Shown here: one piece after another, positions 17,134 to 20,117 of the stretch
Position numbering within the stretch: position 1 is the first letter of the stretch
Layout: every line of letters begins with the position of its first letter
NCBI GenBank assembly: GCA_036478295.1
Contig: JAZGDW010000012.1
Location: forward strand, 1-20,117
Length of the DNA stretch: 20,117 nt
Origin: Candidatus Krumholzibacteriia bacterium
Lineage (GTDB): Bacteria > Krumholzibacteriota > Krumholzibacteriia > WVZY01
Reading direction: 5' to 3'
Translations under genes and position numbers: made by a program
Notes under the pieces: model-generated
Database searches by the model: none
What the model was told of the DNA's origin: nothing
Seen by the model: the letters and a program-made list of their open reading frames with translations, nothing else

Positions 17134-19665
17134 TTAAAGATACCGCGCGGCCCGTTTCAACAGGTCGTCCAGGTCCGATTCATCTGCGTTCTTCGGCTTG
17201 CCGGGGTGGATGATGTTCACGGGACATTTCTCAGCCGCGACGACCAGGTCACGGTAGGAGCCGGCGAGCGGATCCTTGATGTAAGCCTGCTTGTTGTCGT
17301 TGTACGCGAACATCTGCCCGTTGAGGTCTGTGCAGTCATTGCACGTCGTGCAGAGGGGGGTATCGATATACGGGTCGTCGAACGAGAGCGATTCTTCTTC
17401 CTCTTCTTCTTCCGCCTCGGTTTTCTTCTCTTGAGATTCGGCCGGCGCCGCCGGTGCGGGGGCTTCCACTGCCGGTGGGGGCGGCGGTGCTGCAAAAGTA
17501 ACCTTGGATATGTCGCCCCCTTCAACCAGCAGTTGGGCGGCGATTCGCTGGACGATCTCGCGGGTCAGTTCTTCGATGTCGCGGTCCAGTTCGACGCGGT
17601 ATTTCTCTTCGATGGCGTCAACCTCGCGCTGCTTGTCTTCTTCCAGCCGCTGTTTCTCCTGGAACAGCGCATTCTCCGCAAAGGAGTTGTGGATGCCGCC
17701 CGACTCTTGCAAATGACGCCAGGACGACATGCATCGCAATACCGACATCAGGACCGCGCGAGTAATAATCGCCCGGCCCAACCGTCCCTTGCCGTCTACT
17801 GTCGTGAGATATGGTACTTTGCCCCCGCTGACTTCGGGATCCAGCCGCAGGTACTCGCCGAGCGGAACCATGTCCGGGTGCCATTTGGGCGCCGGCACGT
17901 GCCAGAAATGACGACCGAGCCGGGTGTCGCACAACAGCAAGTCCGCAGCGGTCATCGGTAGCTCTGCGGTGATTTCGTCACCTTCATTCGTCCGGTACGT
18001 AAAAGCCTCCACGGGCCAGTCGCGGTCGAGTTGTGGGTTATCGCCGATATCGATACGCTCCCGAAGCGTATCTCCGCGTCCCGGGTCGAAGGTAAACGCT
18101 GGGAACACACGCGACTCCAGCGCAGCGGCGCTGTTGAGGTACACGGGCAGGCCCGGATGATGGTCCGGCGTGCCGGTGTAGACGCTGAAAAGCGCCGGTC
18201 CCGAGTAACGGAGCCCTTCGAGAAAACTGTCATGCAACAGCGACACTTGCGACACCGGCGACTGCATTACGTACACATGGCTCATGGCCATCGTCATATT
18301 GGCCAGATGAGTCGGCCAACCCGGCATGACCGACGGTTCCTCAATGTCGCCGCAGACATCCTCGACCTTGGCAAGGATCTTGATCGGCAGACCTTCGGTC
18401 AGTATATCGAGCAGCGTTCGGATACCCGCCGCGCTAAAAAAGTCTCCGTCGAGCACGAGGATTACGGGCGGACACAGTGCCAGCTCATCCTCGGCGAGGT
18501 GTGTCGCGTCGAAACGAGAGAAAAAGGGGTCGTGCAACGCCTCGCGGTAGTGGTTTTCGGTCTCCAGCCGCGCGATGCGGATGGCCCTGAAAAAACGCAC
18601 CATGATCTGCATGCGCTCGTGGTAGGTGCCCACCGCCACGGCGCTGTCGTTGGAGATCGGCGAGAGATCGAACGGCAGTTTCGTGCCCTTCGCCGGGGCT
18701 TCATCGAACAGCGGTTTGACATCGAGAATCGTGGCGAGAATTTCCTGAAGGCGGTTGCGGCGCTTCTCCGGCAACGTGTTGCCAAGCTCGCTCGCGCTCA
18801 AGATGCCGGACAGCACGTTCGCGTCGACATCGTCACCGGCGCCCTCCCCCACCGACGCGCGCAGGTGGTCGGGATTACGGCCCTCCGGAGAACGGTCAAA
18901 ATCCGCCTGCAAGATATCCTGCAGGTGCTGGGTCAGCGACGCGAGTTCCTCACGCCATCCATCACATGCGCCCCTCCAGTGGAACTCGCGAACGGCTTCG
19001 ATGAGTCTTTCGGGTGTTCGCGTCCCGCACGCAATGACGTCGCCGTCCCGGTGAAGCACCCCCCGCGCCGCGGACAGGCTTTGCTGCACCCGTTCTTTTT
19101 CTTCCGGCGAGACGATGGACTCCAGCAACTCTCCGGAAGCGCGCTGCCAGAGTTCCCCAAGCGTCACGCCGTCGCTGTCGTCTGCCAGGGCTCTGATCGT
19201 GGATTCTAACCGGTGGACGTGGCCCTCGACACGTGCACCCTCGTCGCCCTCGCCGCCAATCTCGGCCACCACTTCATCGATGATGCTGGATAGCGAACGG
19301 GCCGCCGCGTCCGGGTCACCGGCGACCAAGCAGGCCGGGTAGCCGTACCGTACGCGCAACAGATCCCGGTGCAGGTACAACAAGGCGGGCATGGGTCCTG
19401 CGGCGGGCGTCGGCGGTAGTGCCTGCGGCCCACGGTGCCCGTAGAGGTGAAACTCCATCAACTCGACAAAGGTGCGCGTGGCGTCGTAGCCACCGGCTCC
19501 CTCATCGTCCCACACGTGCGCTGCTTCAACCGGCAGATCATCCGCCCCGGTCATGCCGGCAGTCGGCGGTGCCTCTCTCCGGTCGGCGTCGCCGGCTTGC
19601 GAGATGTCTTTGCCGAGATCGGACTGGCCGCCGTCAGCGGGTTCGGGATCCTTCACCGTTTCCAC
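17134..19665 (-). CDS. Protein with degenerate PFOR C-terminal (beta-like) domain, coiled coil, Pro/Ala/Glu linker and C-terminal single-cluster ferredoxin
   Basis: GPALFSVY, ESRVFPAFTFDP, NPQLDRDWP and WRHLQE parallel the C-terminal part of the 1576-aa protein. The terminal domain has YIDTPLCTTCNDC...AAEKCP. GTG 19665 is chosen as start because GAGGAGG lies at 19672-19678; the ORF track start is 19701. Confidence 0.8.
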   Translation of the reverse strand: METVKDPEPADGGQSDLGKDISQAGDADRREAPPTAGMTGADDLPVEAAHVWDDEGAGGYDATRTFVELMEFHLYGHRGPQALPPTPAAGPMPALLYLHRDLLRVRYGYPACLVAGDPDAAARSLSSIIDEVVAEIGGEGDEGARVEGHVHRLESTIRALADDSDGVTLGELWQRASGELLESIVSPEEKERVQQSLSAARGVLHRDGDVIACGTRTPERLIEAVREFHWRGACDGWREELASLTQHLQDILQADFDRSPEGRNPDHLRASVGEGAGDDVDANVLSGILSASELGNTLPEKRRNRLQEILATILDVKPLFDEAPAKGTKLPFDLSPISNDSAVAVGTYHERMQIMVRFFRAIRIARLETENHYREALHDPFFSRFDATHLAEDELALCPPVILVLDGDFFSAAGIRTLLDILTEGLPIKILAKVEDVCGDIEEPSVMPGWPTHLANMTMAMSHVYVMQSPVSQVSLLHDSFLEGLRYSGPALFSVYTGTPDHHPGLPVYLNSAAALESRVFPAFTFDPGRGDTLRERIDIGDNPQLDRDWPVEAFTYRTNEGDEITAELPMTAADLLLCDTRLGRHFWHVPAPKWHPDMVPLGEYLRLDPEVSGGKVPYLTTVDGKGRLGRAIITRAVLMSVLRCMSSWRHLQESGGIHNSFAENALFQEKQRLEEDKQREVDAIEEKYRVELDRDIEELTREIVQRIAAQLLVEGGDISKVTFAAPPPPPAVEAPAPAAPAESQEKKTEAEEEEEEESLSFDDPYIDTPLCTTCNDCTDLNGQMFAYNDNKQAYIKDPLAGSYRDLVVAAEKCPVNIIHPGKPKNADESDLDDLLKRAARYL

Positions 19666-20117
19666 CGCTCGCCTCCTCGGATGCTCTGGGAAAGATCCCA
19701 AATCTGTCGAAAGCCTGTTCGAGCACGGCCTGCCTGTCTTCTATGCCGGACACACGCCGTGACCTTCTGATATGTTCGTAGCGCTCGACGTCCTGGTTTC
19801 TGTACAGAATCCCGACCGGTACCCGATCCGTTAATCCGGCGACCTCGCGGGCGCGATTGAGATCGGACGGGTCATGTACTTCCTGCGTCTTGTAAACACG
19901 GGCCGTTGCCTCGCTGATCTGCATGCCGTTTTCGTGTTTTAACACCAAAACGTTGTCTGGATTCGATAGCAGGTTTTCGAAGATACCCGGCATAAAATGC
20001 GGGCATCTCTGCAAAATCCGGATAAAGGAGAATCCCTTGTGATGAAACGCCTGCTTGATGATGTCGTACAACAGTTCAGGCATCCACTCGCATACCTGCG
20101 CGACAAACGACACGTTG
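19634..20117 (-). CDS. C-terminal part of a 2-oxoacid:ferredoxin oxidoreductase beta (TPP-binding) subunit, truncated by the window edge
   Basis: SFVAQ...IIKQAFHHKGFSFIRILQRCP and PVGILYR match the KorB/PorB-type C-terminus, with the cluster-ligating CP retained. The frame is open to the window end. Confidence 0.7.
   Translation of the reverse strand, partial: NVSFVAQVCEWMPELLYDIIKQAFHHKGFSFIRILQRCPHFMPGIFENLLSNPDNVLVLKHENGMQISEATARVYKTQEVHDPSDLNRAREVAGLTDRVPVGILYRNQDVERYEHIRRSRRVSGIEDRQAVLEQAFDRFGIFPRASEEASGGNGEGSRTR

Noticed and set aside
12035..19209. Plus-strand ORFs of 285-495 aa opposite the redox operon
   Set aside because: They are antisense shadows typical of high-GC coding DNA, fully overlap well-supported genes and show no motifs.
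1..20117. tRNA, rRNA, CRISPR arrays, transposases or integrases
   Set aside because: None were recognised. Almost all of the sequence is accounted for by protein-coding genes.

Overview
GC-rich bacterial window with three blocks. (1) Left, minus strand: a two-NBD Clp/Hsp100 AAA+ ATPase lacking both the ClpB coiled-coil M-domain and the ClpP-docking IGF loop. It has a near-consensus sigma70 promoter and appears to lead an operon that runs off the left edge. (2) Divergent, plus strand: an 868-aa surface lipoprotein (three 99-aa Ig-like repeats, a PKD-like domain, a beta-helix-like region and a PGRS-like Gly-rich tail) followed by an intrinsic terminator. (3) The remaining ~14.4 kb is one tightly coupled minus-strand operon: partial 2-oxoacid:ferredoxin oxidoreductase beta subunit, ~843-aa PFOR-domain/ferredoxin fusion, rnfB, 1576-aa PFOR-like protein, rnfC, rnfD, rnfG, rnfE, rnfA, an 83-aa TM+4Cys protein, Tat-type apbE and a GYD-domain gene. 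The most notable signal is that both PFOR-like proteins appear to have lost the TPP-binding, catalytic and proximal Fe-S motifs while keeping intact frames and ferredoxin-type Cys motifs. This suggests an Rnf complex wired to a 2-oxoacid oxidoreductase through pseudoenzyme adaptor subunits. All assignments come from motif recognition by eye; no searches were run.
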